This document shows, piece by piece, positions 23,761 to 34,910 of a DNA stretch of 64,000 nucleotides. Within the stretch, counting starts at the first letter, position 1; the number at the start of each line of letters is the position of its first letter. This stretch comes from Podarcis erhardii (taxonomy: Eukaryota): assembly GCA_964252035.1 (NCBI GenBank), contig OZ176201.1. One strand, 5' to 3'. Both the position numbers and the translations under genes were made by a program. The notes beneath the pieces were generated by a model. That model was not told where the DNA came from, did no database searches, and saw nothing but the letters and a program-made list of their open reading frames with translations.

Positions 23761-23905
23761 AAGGCTGTAGCTCAGTGGTAGAACATCTGTTTAACATGCA
23801 GAAGGTCCCTGGTTCAATACCCAGTATCTCCAATACCCAACAAGTTGCTGCCAGTCAGTGTAGAGACACTATTGAAGTTAAGGTCTGACTTGATATATAA
23901 GAAGA
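23761..23905 (+). mobile_element. tRNA-derived SINE (Squam3-like), internally deleted
   Basis: GGCTGTAGCTCAGTGGTAGAACATCTG...GAAGGTCCCTGGTTCAATACCCAG head plus GCTGCCAGTCAGTGTAGA tail. Confidence 0.75.
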
Positions 23906-25061
23906 ACCATCAGTGGAATTTTGACGGGGGGGGGGGGCACCTTTACTGGCTGACACCCTAGCAATTATATCCTCTTGTCTCCAGCTACCATTGCTTACAA
24001 TTCGTAAGCAAGTCACCAAGATAATTTATTTAGTTTTATTTTTGCATCTTCAGCGCTATTTGGGGATTGCTTCCCTATAGAAAGGATGCTGTACCAAAGA
24101 CACTATCCCCACAACTGGGCCTTTGTGCGTGCCAGCCTCTGAACTATAATCTGAAATTTCAGGCAGAGTCTCTCTCTCTGAGCCCCTAAGCTCTTTGGGA
24201 CAACCTGGCAATCGTTCTCTGTCATTTTGCCAAGGAGAATTATATTTTGCATTCACATCAGCATGTTCACTTTTCACAAGAGAACCTGAAAGAAAGATGT
24301 TGAAACAAATCCAAGGGGTACATTCCAGCAGTCTTGCTAATAGGGTTGTTACCAAAACAGTTGGAGGAAATGGCCAGCATTAACAGAGAACTGAATTAAT
24401 TTAATGCTGAGAGAAGTAGGTGGGCAGAACAAGTTGATGGAGAGAAATCTGGCTCGGTTAAGATCATTTCTGCCTTTCCCTTCTTTCCAGACCTGCATTA
24501 CAACATCAAGCTAGTGCTGTAAATAATCTCAGACCCACCTGAGCTTTTCAAACCTATTCAATACTTCTTCCAACTAGGGTTGCCAGCTTTTTTCTCTGGC
24601 AGGGCTCCTCCACTTTCTATACCTGTGGGACAAGGACCAATTCATCAGGTGAACTTAAATGTTTTTTTATTCGGTTTGGACTAGATGGCCCTTGGGGATC
24701 CCTTCCAACTTTACAGTTCTCTTAATTTTCTCCTTACACAGTCAAAGGCACAGGAGCCCTGCTAAATAAACATTACTAGAGGGGGCAGTCTTTTGTCCCC
24801 CCTTACAACACCCCTGGGAATCTACATGGCATCATGATGATGTCGCATCAATACCATTGGGGCATATTATAGGACTGAAAAATGCTGATCTGCTGATTGC
24901 TACTTAAAGTGATAGCAAAGCTTTCTAAAGAGGGAAAAAAGAAAGACAATTTTGAAACCTGCACCCCACCCCTTATGAACATTTATAGAATTTGGCACCT
25001 TCTCCAGAAGTCTCCAAAAACACCTGCCCCATGAAACCCAGGTACATATGTGTATACATAT

Positions 25062-25095
25062 ACATTCACATACATACATACATACATACATACAG
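25062..25095. repeat. (TACA)n microsatellite
   Basis: Imperfect CATA array. Confidence 0.85.
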
Positions 25096-27045
25096 AGAGC
25101 CCAACTGGAGCAGACTGAACCTCTCCTGTGCTGTTGCTGTCCACTTCAAGCTTCTGATATTTTTTTGTCAAGACCAAGAAAAGAAGAAAGAAAGAAAAGA
25201 AACAACCACAAAACATTCATGGGCTCTATTTGAAGATAGGAGCTTCCCTGGAAAAGAGCCTGGACTCCTGTCCTGTTCTACGACAAGAACAGCCTGGGGG
25301 TTCAGTGGGTACCCCCTTGTTTTCGATCAAGCCAGCCACTTGGTCTGCTTCCTACCTTTGAGATGGTATTAAATCTCTTGCTCCCAGATAGCCCTCGCAT
25401 TTGAGACTCAGTGTGGTTGAGCTGCACAGCAATCTGCCAAGTGAATTGTGAAAGTTTGCGGTAGAATGGGGGTTTCCATTAATGGCACCAGGCTTTCCAA
25501 GTACTGACCTGTCCTCACTGAGGACGGCAAGCACCCAAGGAGTGGTGCCATTTTAGAACACAAGAGTATAGGCCAGTCGTTCTGAACCTGGTGCATGCCA
25601 GCTGTTTTGGAGTATAGTTGTGCCGGCTGGGGCTGGAGGAGGCTGTAGTCCAAAACAGCTGGAGGGAAGTCTGGTGGCGATGCTTTCTTGTTTCTGTGAT
25701 GTCTCCTACCCTTTACTTTAGTAGCTTCCAGATGACTTGTTTATTGTTTGCCTTCCAGATTTGTTTCCAGGAAGGCTTGCAAGGAGGTGAGACGAAACTG
25801 GATAATTACAGGCAGTTACTGTGATTCAATTGCAGAGAGGTTATGCAACAGTTGCATCATGCAGTTGTCGTACCATACTTCCCACCTCTTTGCCCTCTTT
25901 CCTGATCGGGGAAAAACAATCCAAACTTTTTGGGAAGTGGGTTTATTGGGCAAGGCCTCCCAATCAACTACAATTGCACAACCTGAATTTGTTGGTCTGT
26001 GGCTGTATCCCACCTGAAAACAGTGAGAGTCTGGAAGCGCCCTTTGCAACAAACCTTGAGATTTGAACCCAGGCCTTGTCAGCTGTGGTATGCTCCTTCC
26101 AGCCTCCGGCCTCTTTCCCTTCTCCCCAGGCAGGCTGTATTCTGGAGGGCGAGGAGGGGCCTCGGAGAGAGGGGTCGGCATCCTGATGGCTCAGCACTTC
26201 TTCCCTTTTGCTGGAGCAGAAAAAAAGCGGGGGGGGGGGGAGTATTTTTTAGCAGTTTGGTTCTCACAAACGGTAATTGGTTTCCGAGGGTTTTGCTGTA
26301 TATTCCTGATTGTACTTCACAGTTTGCTACACAGGAAAATGTGTTCTTTTCCCTGCTCAGCTCCTTTGGCGGTTTTTGTTTAAGCGGGTAACTCTATTGC
26401 GAGGTTGGACGGCATCCATGCAGACTGCCGGATCAGCAGACACCAGGCCTCATTAAAAGCTTTTCTTCCCAACCTAATAGCAGCCCTCTCCCTGCTCCTC
26501 CAGAAGCCCCCTCTGCCAATGCACGTAGGCACCCTCCCTCCTTCGCAGCCTCCCTCCTAATCACGCTCCCGGCAGCTGGGACCAGAAAGCATAAATTACA
26601 GGGCTGCTCACCGCTGGCCACCTGCCAGCCAGGCACCTCTTAGTGACTCCCATCCAGGTGCTGCAGGAGCAGCTGTCCACCCCCACCATGCGCCAATGGT
26701 CGTTGCTCGACTGCCTGGCCTTTCCCTGTTTCCCTGGCAAAATAGGAGCCCCCCCCCCTGAGTCCTCCTACATATATTTTGACACGGCCAGAGGTGTACT
26801 TAGCACATGGAAGTGGGTTTTTTGCTCCCCCACCTGGTTGTGGCACAGGGTATATGTGTATTTTCCCCCCCCCCCCGTGCTGTCAATTTAGGGCCCAAGC
26901 AAGCATGACACAGGGGAACTGTGATCTGAGATTCTTTTCCTCAGGGTGGTGGTTGGCTAGTATGATCAGGCAGCAAGGGGCAAGAGGGAGTGTTTAACCC
27001 TTTTGCAGCTTGCTCCATCTTAATTGCCTCCCCTCCCATCAGTGT

Positions 27046-27113
27046 TATTAGCTCAATGGGGGCAGAAATATGGATGGAGATGCACCTGTATTTCAGCCCC
27101 CATTGAGCTAATA
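27046..27113. other. Near-perfect inverted repeat (25-bp stem hairpin)
   Basis: TATTAGCTCAATGGGGGCAGAAATA (27046-27070) versus TATTTCAGCCCCCATTGAGCTAATA (27089-27113): 24/25 complementary, 18-nt spacer. Confidence 0.85.
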
Positions 27114-27340
27114 TTCCCCCCAATAGCAAGAGCTTTGGGGGCAGTTTAGATCAGACAAATAGTTCCCTTGGGGTGGAAGAGTTTAAACATGCCTTTCTGT
27201 TTTCCTGAGCAAGTGAGCATGCCTCTGAGGGGGAATCTGAGTGAACGAAACAAAACATTTGGAGAGCTCGTCAGAGGATCTCCCACATCATGTTTTTTTG
27301 GCCCTCAGTGTTTGTAGAACCTGAACTTGAAAAGACCATA

Positions 27341-27963
27341 CATTTTTTTGCAATTGTTTTCATTGATTTTCATATTATATATTTATACATTCTTACAATA
27401 TTAGTAACCTAAAACTCTCAGGATTACCACTTCCCTCTACCCCTCTTCTAGTTTTCTTGTTTCCACACTATAATGTTTACACATTGATTTATATCAGCAT
27501 ACTGTTCATATCTATACATGGTTCTTTCTATAATCTCATATAGAATGCTCCATCAATTATACATTGTAAGGTTTATCTCAGACCTGCCAGTGTTCTTATA
27601 TGTAAACAGTGTTTCTCAAGGTAAGTTATAAATTTCTTCCAGTCTTTTTGGAACGTCTGGTCGTCCTGCTCACAGGTTCGTCCCGTCAGCCTGGCTAATT
27701 CTGCGTACCCTACCAACTTTGTTTGCCATTCCTCAATAGTCGGCAGATCTTGATGTTTCCATCCTTGAGCTATCAAAACTCTGGCTGCCTTTGTTACATA
27801 CAGAAATAGTTTTTCGTCTTCTTTTGGTATCTCATCCCCAACCATTCCTAAAAGAAATGCCTCTGGCCTTTTAGGGAATGTATATCTAAACATTTTTTTT
27901 ATTCATTGTATATACTGTCCCAAAATGCCTTTTTTTTTTACACAGCTACCACATGTGGTAAAT
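27341..27963 (-). mobile_element. L1 3' fragment (older subfamily)
   Basis: Encodes FRYTFPKRPEAFLLGMVGDEIP...WQTKLVGYAELARLT...DWKKFITYLE, homologous to the C-terminus of the 20840 ORF; T-run at 27343; no clear TSD. Confidence 0.88.
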
Positions 27964-28735
27964 GGAGGGAAGCCCAGTGCTTTATATCCTCGGTGTGGAT
28001 GTGACCACAGCACTCCATGCCAACTGAACAAGCTCACTTTTTACTTGGCTGCTTTTTAATGGGACTCTTCTCCATTTGAGATCATATACAGGGCCAGGGA
28101 CACTTGTAGTGAGTCCCAGCAATATTAAAATCTTGGATTTCTCTTTATTTCTATGGACAGCTCTCAGTTCTGTCCCCATGGATGTTTGAAAAGAGCTCCT
28201 CAATGTAAATCAGGAAATGAACTATTCAGACAGCAATATAATTCTCTCTACCCTTTCCCATCTTTCTTCATTTTCCCTTTCCAACCATTACATTCACCCT
28301 CCCACCCACATTTGTGTGAGAAGCACCCAAAGACTTGGAAATAGAGGGAATGTTAATGATACACACAGGATTGAGTAGGTAGCATGTTCCACACTTTAGT
28401 CTCCTGTGGCATCATTTTATGAAGTTTGCAACCGTAAATATTATTACATGGTCTCAGAAGAGAAACTGACAGGAAAACAAGGAAGCAAAGATGAACCAGC
28501 TCATTCTCCTGGAATGTTGGTGTTTAAAGTAGAGGCGGCAGAGATCTGGAGGCTGTAGAAACACAAGCATTTGAGTAACACTGCACTGCAAGTGGAGCAG
28601 ATAAGAAAGATGAGAGACTTCAGTCAGCTCTATTTCTTCATATGGCAGGTGAAGATGCAAGATATAGATTGAATATTATTATTTCAGTTTGATGACGATG
28701 CAGATGCATCGTCTGTATAGCCAAAAGTAGGGTGG

Positions 28736-29257
28736 TGTCAAGAGCCAGAGTCAGAAGCAGGTCAGCAATAACTCACAAGGTGTCAGTGAAGGTAACTCTT
28801 TATTCAAAGAAACCAAAACAGTGCAACCCTAGTGATCACAGCAGCTGCAAGGACTGAAGGTCTCTGCTGTTCCAGCACTCTCTAAGGCTCCTCGCCTGGT
28901 TCATTCCGCAGAAGCCTAAGAGTGCTTCATCTTCTCTCTCTTTGCTCTGCCCTCTTCATGTACTGGGAGACCAGGGGAGAGGGGAGCTTGTCACAGCAGG
29001 AGGAGGAGACTCCCTGGATTCTTCAGCAGCCTGCCTCATCTCTGTCTCCTGGCCCCTGTCTTCTCCTGCCTCTGTCTGGACTGCCCTCTGCACAGCCTCT
29101 TCCTGCTCATTAAACCCTGTCACCTCTTCTGCTTCTGACACCTCCTATTCCCAGTCTGCTCCCTCTGGCCATGCACTGTTATCATACCACCAATCTCCTG
29201 GCTTCTTCCCTAGCTGGTGCCTCCCACCACTCCTCTGCAACCAGCCAGTCCATGACA
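28736..29257 (-). mobile_element. Solo LTR (Gypsy/ERV-like, TGTCA...TGACA)
   Basis: 5-bp inverted termini, perfect 5-bp TSD GGTGG (28731-28735, 29258-29262), AATAAA on the minus strand near 28800; homologous to 51756-52354. Confidence 0.92.
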
Positions 29258-29349
29258 GGTGGCTCCATACTCATGGACAAGGACAAAAGGACACAGATAT
29301 GCATCAAGTTTACATATCCTAATGTATGGATGCATATTTATAAATAATA

Positions 29350-29580
29350 ATAAATAGAAATGCATTGGGGTGAAGACTGTGACCAGGTGACCACCTCAGT
29401 CTGTGGCTCAGTTGCTCACTGTTGATGGCTGTCATCAAGGCATCTGCTCACCTTTCTGGGGTTTCTTTCTCTTTCATCTGGACTTGGATCAGATAGCAGC
29501 ACAGATACAGGATTGTCCTCTAACAGTACATCACACTAGAAGTCTGTCCTCTATACAATGGGGATCACACCTATTTAAGG
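29350..29580. repeat. Unclassified dispersed repeat, related to 1440-1680
   Basis: Shared collinear motifs (see the 1440 entry). Confidence 0.55.
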
Positions 29581-31204
29581 GTGAACATCTTTGCATTGAA
29601 AACGAAAAAAAGTTTTATGCAAAGCCTCACAATTCAATCTTCAGGGCCTGGTCCTTTCAGTCCAAAAAGGAAGGTGGGCAGGCTCCAGCATTTACTCACA
29701 GCAAAGCACTATGGAAGGTACCCAGTCCTTTGTGGGAGTGAGACGCACCTCCCCAAAGCAAAAACAAAAAATGTGTAAAAACAAGGCTGATGCAACCATG
29801 AAGTCAGCTGCAAGCTGTTTGGTTCATTTTTTTTCTCATCCTCAACTTGCCTGATGAAGAGTTCTGGAGGACTCAAAAGCTTGTCATGTGTTTTGTGACA
29901 TATTGGTGAGTCTCAATAAAAGTATTGTGCCCCACGGCAGATATTCATTTTATTTTTATGGACCCACAGAACAAGATCTGCTTTTTAATAAGCTTTGAAT
30001 TTGCAAGCTTACACCCACTTACTTGGATTGAACTCAGGGTGGCTTACTTTTGAGTAGACACGATTGTTGTCACATACGGGGGTGGGGTGTGTGTTTTCTT
30101 TCTTACTCTGAGTTCAAGTGCAAAGAGACAGACTTAAGTTCTGAATAAGCTGGTCTTATATACCCATGTCATGATGCCATTATTTGCCAGTCTCAGAAAT
30201 CAAGCAGAAGGGATCTCAACCAGCTACTGTGAATCATAGTATCTTGCATAGTATCTTGCAGATCTTACCCCAAAAAAATGCCAGTTTACTCAGATGCCAC
30301 ATGGTGGGATGGAAGTTTCAGAAGGTATCTGTAGGAAATACAGAATCATGGTATAAGAGCCAGGGTGGGGTAAGGATTCCAGATTCCATGTGTGAGAGTC
30401 ATTTAGAAGCTGAGCAATGCAAATGAGGGGCTTGAGAAGCTGTTTATTGGCCAGGCATGTGTGCTCAAATCTTGGTACAGTCATGTACCAGATGTCAAGC
30501 CTTCAGAAATAAATAGACTACATAGAGAACGTATGCTACCTCATGACATTCCAAGAAAGGCCTTGGCAGGCAGAAGCTAGGGATGGACTTTTTTGAATTT
30601 AAAGGAAAGACCGGCTTCTTCCGGATTATCACTGTTCAAAATATATGGAAGCACATTTGCTTGAGGATGCCACAAGTTAATCAGTAATCTAACATGGCAA
30701 TTTTATATTTGGAAGCTATGATATTCCAAAAGAGATTGTGAGAGGCACTACTTCATGATTTTCTTCCGGAGGCTTCAGAATGTTTGCAAAATAATGAGAC
30801 TTTGCAAAATAATAAGGACTGATAAGCTCTGTTTTCACGTAACACTAAGCCAAGCCTTGGCTTAGAGAGAATGAGCAAGTATGTAGGTTCCTACAGAGAA
30901 TATCACAGGGGCTCCATTCCTCAGTCCTGCTGCTGCTCTCCTACCCAGAACTAAACCATTGTTTGCCTTAGCAGTACCTGTGAATCTGGGCTTGTAGGTT
31001 GTCTTACTCCCCCAAAAACCATGAGCTGTATCCGAGGTATGTTCTTCATTTACTACTCATGGTTTGTTTTGGGGAGAAGCCACAAGCTCAGGTTCACACA
31101 TAATGGTAAGTCATAGGACTAGGAGCAGCTGGATTTTCTCCCATTCTCTCGTTCTTGCAAAGCCATAGTTTGGTTTAGATTTATACTCAGACTGGACCAT
31201 ATCA

Positions 31205-31380
31205 AGAAAAAACTTGGGACCCAAGCATGTGAAGGAACACCTTTACCAGTATCTGCCTGCCTGGGCTCTTAGATCTGAAAGAGCGGCTCTTTTTGTGATC
31301 CGACTGTTAAGGGAGATGCATCGTGGTGACACAGGACAGGCCCTTCTCTATGGTTGTGCCCTACTTGTGGAAAGCCCCTC
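31205..31380 (+). mobile_element. Degraded L2 3' region
   Basis: TTGGGACCCAAGCATGTGAAGGAACACCT...CAGGCCCTTCTCTATGGTTGTGCCCTACTTGTGGAA matches the L2 pattern at 8624. Confidence 0.65.
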
Positions 31381-31818
31381 TCCCTGGAAACACCACCGGT
31401 TTTTCCATGTCAGCACCTCTAGCAACTGGTATTCTGAGGCACTCTGCCTCTGACCATTCTCATGGAAGAACCCCAATACGTATGCTTCCGAACTGCAGGC
31501 TTCTCCAGGACACAGTTTGAAAACAACTAATGTAGACTATAATGAGCCACAGGCAGAGAGGAAGAAGGCTCAAGGAGCAGTAGCATTTCTGAAGTGCATG
31601 TAAGCAAAGGGATATGTCTGGTCAACCTAGAGAGCAGAACCTTGAGGATCAAAAGCTGGCAGCTCTTAATAGTCCTTCTGACTCCTTACAAAAGTAGCAA
31701 GGACCTTACTGGAAAACAAGTGCCCTAGTCTGTGCTGTGTTGCGTGGATGGCTTTTATGAAGCCTGAAGTTTGTAGGAAGCAAAGGCAGTGTAAATAGCA
31801 AGGTGATAATGCAATTCA

Positions 31819-32037
31819 GGGCTTATTCATACTTACCTTTTTCCCTGCTCTTTCCAGTTACAGGTCCACATTTAAAAGCATTTTGTTTTGTTTTTGCCTT
31901 GGAGCTTTCCTCATGAAAACCTGCTCAGTTGGAGCAAACACAAATTTTAAGCAGATTTCCATTTGCACTGGACACCGAGTTTTAAAGCATGGACTGTGCC
32001 TGGAAAGAGTGGAGGAAAAGCAAGTGTGGATAAGCCC
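31819..32037. mobile_element. PIF/Harbinger MITE
   Basis: TIRs GGGCTTATTCATACTT / AAGTGTGGATAAGCCC with 3-bp TSD TCA; a related copy lies near 53730-53808. Confidence 0.75.
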
Positions 32038-33026
32038 TCAGCTCATAGTTGTTCTGGGCTTTTTCTGAAAAGCCATATTGCCCTGCCAGTGGGTTGCTAT
32101 ATGACAGCGCTGCTTGCTCACAACAGCTGCTCTTGTTCATTTATCAATAAGTACCATCCATTGCTTAGGGTGGAAAATCCTCTCTTGCTCCTGTCTTCTC
32201 CACTTAATCTCTTGCCTGGACTTGGTTTGCTTGCCTACTCTATGCACTGTCACAAAGGCTCTTGTGGCCACCGTGATCCAGCAGTTCTGAGCCCTTTGTG
32301 GGCCAGATTGGCTTGTACATTGCTGGTTTTGGCAAAGGCTACTCCATCTGCTTGTTATTTCAACCCTTTCCCCATTCCCTCTGCCCCAAATTCCCAGTGA
32401 TGATGCCTGCAGCCAATTCATTTTCGTTGAGTCAGAGCAGGCGCTGCTGGCTGGTTCCGGCAGCCATATTGAAACCTGGCGGTTGAATTGGCTGACCTGC
32501 CATAGTGGAGATTTCTGTTACTACAGCATAAGGGGATGTCATGGGAATTAGGTAAGGAGGGGACAGTAAAACAGAAAGTTCTTTGTTAAGCATGGAATGG
32601 CAAAAGCATTTTTCAAGGGTAACCAAAATCAGAGTAGTATCCTGAAGCTGTCAAAGAAAACTGGGAGTTTAGGGGACGGTCCTGACTAGAAGGATAATTC
32701 CAGGCTCTGAGGATACTTTTGGTCACATCCACACCATGCCTTTAAAACACATTTAAAGAATTTGGCCTCCAAATAATCCTGGGAACTGTGTCCTTCATCA
32801 ATGTTATGGAGTAGTTTTATTTTGTTCACCACAAGGAAGACAGGCATATCTGCAAAATTTAAACTGGGCCCTTTACTTAGTATCACCAGCCTTTACAGGC
32901 TATAGCAGAAACAAGGAAGAAAGATGAAATAAAAAGAAAACCCATAACTCAGGAAGGCCACTTAAGCTTCCTGGGCCTAGATGTGTTAAGTCTTCAGCAG
33001 CTTTCTATCTCTGTCAGTACAGTGAA

Positions 33027-33358
33027 CAGGGTTGCCATATTTCAAACAGTGAAAATCTGAACAAAAAAATTGTTGAGCATTTTTTTTTGCCTACTCTAAG
33101 CCTTGTCACAAAGACTCTTGTGGTCACTATGATCCAGTTGTTGAGCTTTTTTTGGGGGGGGGGAGTTGTTAACCTTTTGGGGCAAAATTGCAAAAAAAAA
33201 GTCATTTTTGAGCTATTTTTGTGGAAAAACAATACTGCCAACAATGGCTGTCATGCATCTGGATTTTCCCAGACATTTTCCAGATTTCTGCCAGGACACT
33301 GCTGCTGACTGCAATTTTCTGGCTATGTCCAGTAAAATCCAGACGTATAGCAACACTA
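33027..33358. mobile_element. hAT MITE (AGGGTTGCCA type) with captured local sequence
   Basis: Ends CAGGGTTGCCATAT / GTATAGCAACACTA; 8-bp TSD ACAGTGAA / ACAGTGGA; internal 50 bp homologous to 32232-32281. Confidence 0.8.
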
Positions 33359-33696
33359 ACAGTGGATATTAATTAAAGGCTGACAAACCATTCTCTACTT
33401 GCCAAACTTTTATTGTATTTTTCCAGTTTTCAGCTGTTACAAGTTTGTTGCTGTTAATATGTTGCTGAATTGTTTTTTAAAGGGAGAATTAAACAGTTAC
33501 CTCCTAAAAGAATTGTCTCAGGATCTGGAATGTGCTTTTTGTTGGATTCTGTGTGTCACATTATGTAATTATCTTCCATAGCATCCCTCAGTCTTGACCC
33601 AGGAAGCCCCCACAGGCAGCAGAGAACTTAATGGGCTGTTTAGTTCCTGGCCTCCATTCACCAAAGCTGGGCCCATGCCAGCTGTGATAGTTCTCT

Positions 33697-33764
33697 CTTC
33701 TTCTTCTTCTTCTTCTTCTTCTTCTTCTTCTTCTTCTTCTTCTTCTTCTTCTTCTTCTTCTTCT
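33697..33764. repeat. (TCT)n microsatellite
   Basis: Perfect CTT array. Confidence 0.95.
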
Positions 33765-34236
33765 CAACGCATGTCCAATAGAAACTGCTGGGAAGCCCTC
33801 TGAAGAGCCAACAGATGGGAGTGCACCTCAGACATGAGTGTGCTGGCTACAGTTCAAATACAAAAGGGGTTAATGATGCATGTTTCACTACAAAGACATT
33901 CTTCTGGCTTTCAGAGAGACATTCAGCTTAAAAGCTTTTGCATTGTCTCTCCACAGTGCCCAGCACCAGGGTGGCAAGTTATGTTGTGAGCTGCCTTGAG
34001 CACCTGGGAAAGATGGGATAGCAATATTTTACATTAAATAAAGATGGTTGTGATCCCTTTCTGTTAGGACTGCTGAGATTTCGACAGCTCCATGACACAC
34101 AGAAATTCATCTAGTGCTGCTTTTTTCTAAAACAAAGATGTAGCAATAGGAGGAAGCCACTTCATCAGGTGAAGTTTTGCTTGTTGTGCTGCTGCTAAAT
34201 GCATAGGAGCTCCACCAAAGAGAATGGAAACCCCAC

Positions 34237-34910
34237 TTAAGAACATAAGACAGCCTGCTGGACAGTGGTGTAGCATGGGATGCCAGCGCCCAAGATTGTT
34301 AGGTGGGGTGGTAGGGTGGAAGGAAACTGTACGCATGCACATTCTACTTTGATGTCCATGTCACCCAGGAGATTGCAGCCTCAGAAATAAGAAGATCCCC
34401 TTGTCCGGAGAGGTCACTTCCTGGTTTGCATGGAGAAGCCATTTTCAATGGAGCCCAGCGTCAGAAATACACAGCTGTATTGAGGCAGTACTGAGTGTTG
34501 AAATTTTGCACCTCTAATAATTTTGTGCCTGGGGCAACTGCCCCTTTGATCGCCCCCACACACTATGCCACTGCTGCTGGATCAGGCCAATGGCCCATCT
34601 AGTTGTGCATCCTGTTCCCACAGGGGCCACTCAGATGCCTGTGGGAAACCCATGAGCACCGGTGCCTAACAGCACTCTGCCCACCTGTAACTCCCAGAAA
34701 CTGGTTTTCAGAGGCATAATGCTTCTCACAGAGAAGGTTGAACATAGCCATCATGGGTAGTACCTGCTGAGAGCTTTATCCTCCATTGGTCCTCCTTTAA
34801 AGCCATCCAAACCTCCTTTAAAGCCACCCCTGCCTCCTGTTGGAGCAAATTCCATAGTTTAACTGTGCGCTGCATGAAGAACCACTTTCTTTGTATTTGT
34901 TTTGAATCAG
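34237..34910 (-). mobile_element. CR1 3' fragment (TAAGAACATAAGA tail type) interrupted by a hAT MITE
   Basis: TAAGAACATAAGACAGCCTGCTGGA|TCAGGCCAATGGCCCATCTAG is contiguous once 34263-34581 is removed; continues to TTCCATAGTTTAACTGTGCGCTGCATGAAGAA. Confidence 0.85.
34263..34573. mobile_element. hAT MITE (CAGTGGCGTA type)
   Basis: TIRs CAGTGGTGTAGC / CACTATGCCACTG; perfect 8-bp TSD CTGCTGGA (34255-34262, 34574-34581). Confidence 0.88.

Noticed and set aside
23761-23835. tRNA-like sequence (also at 7600-7680, 12260-12332, 41780-41850, 54195-54260)
   Set aside because: A/B boxes are present, but there is no cloverleaf acceptor stem and each runs into a SINE body; these are SINE heads, not tRNA genes.
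32397-32495. Possible C/D-box snoRNA (GTGATGA ... CTGA, about 99 nt)
   Set aside because: No terminal stem flanking the boxes and no recognisable rRNA/snRNA guide; such short boxes occur by chance.
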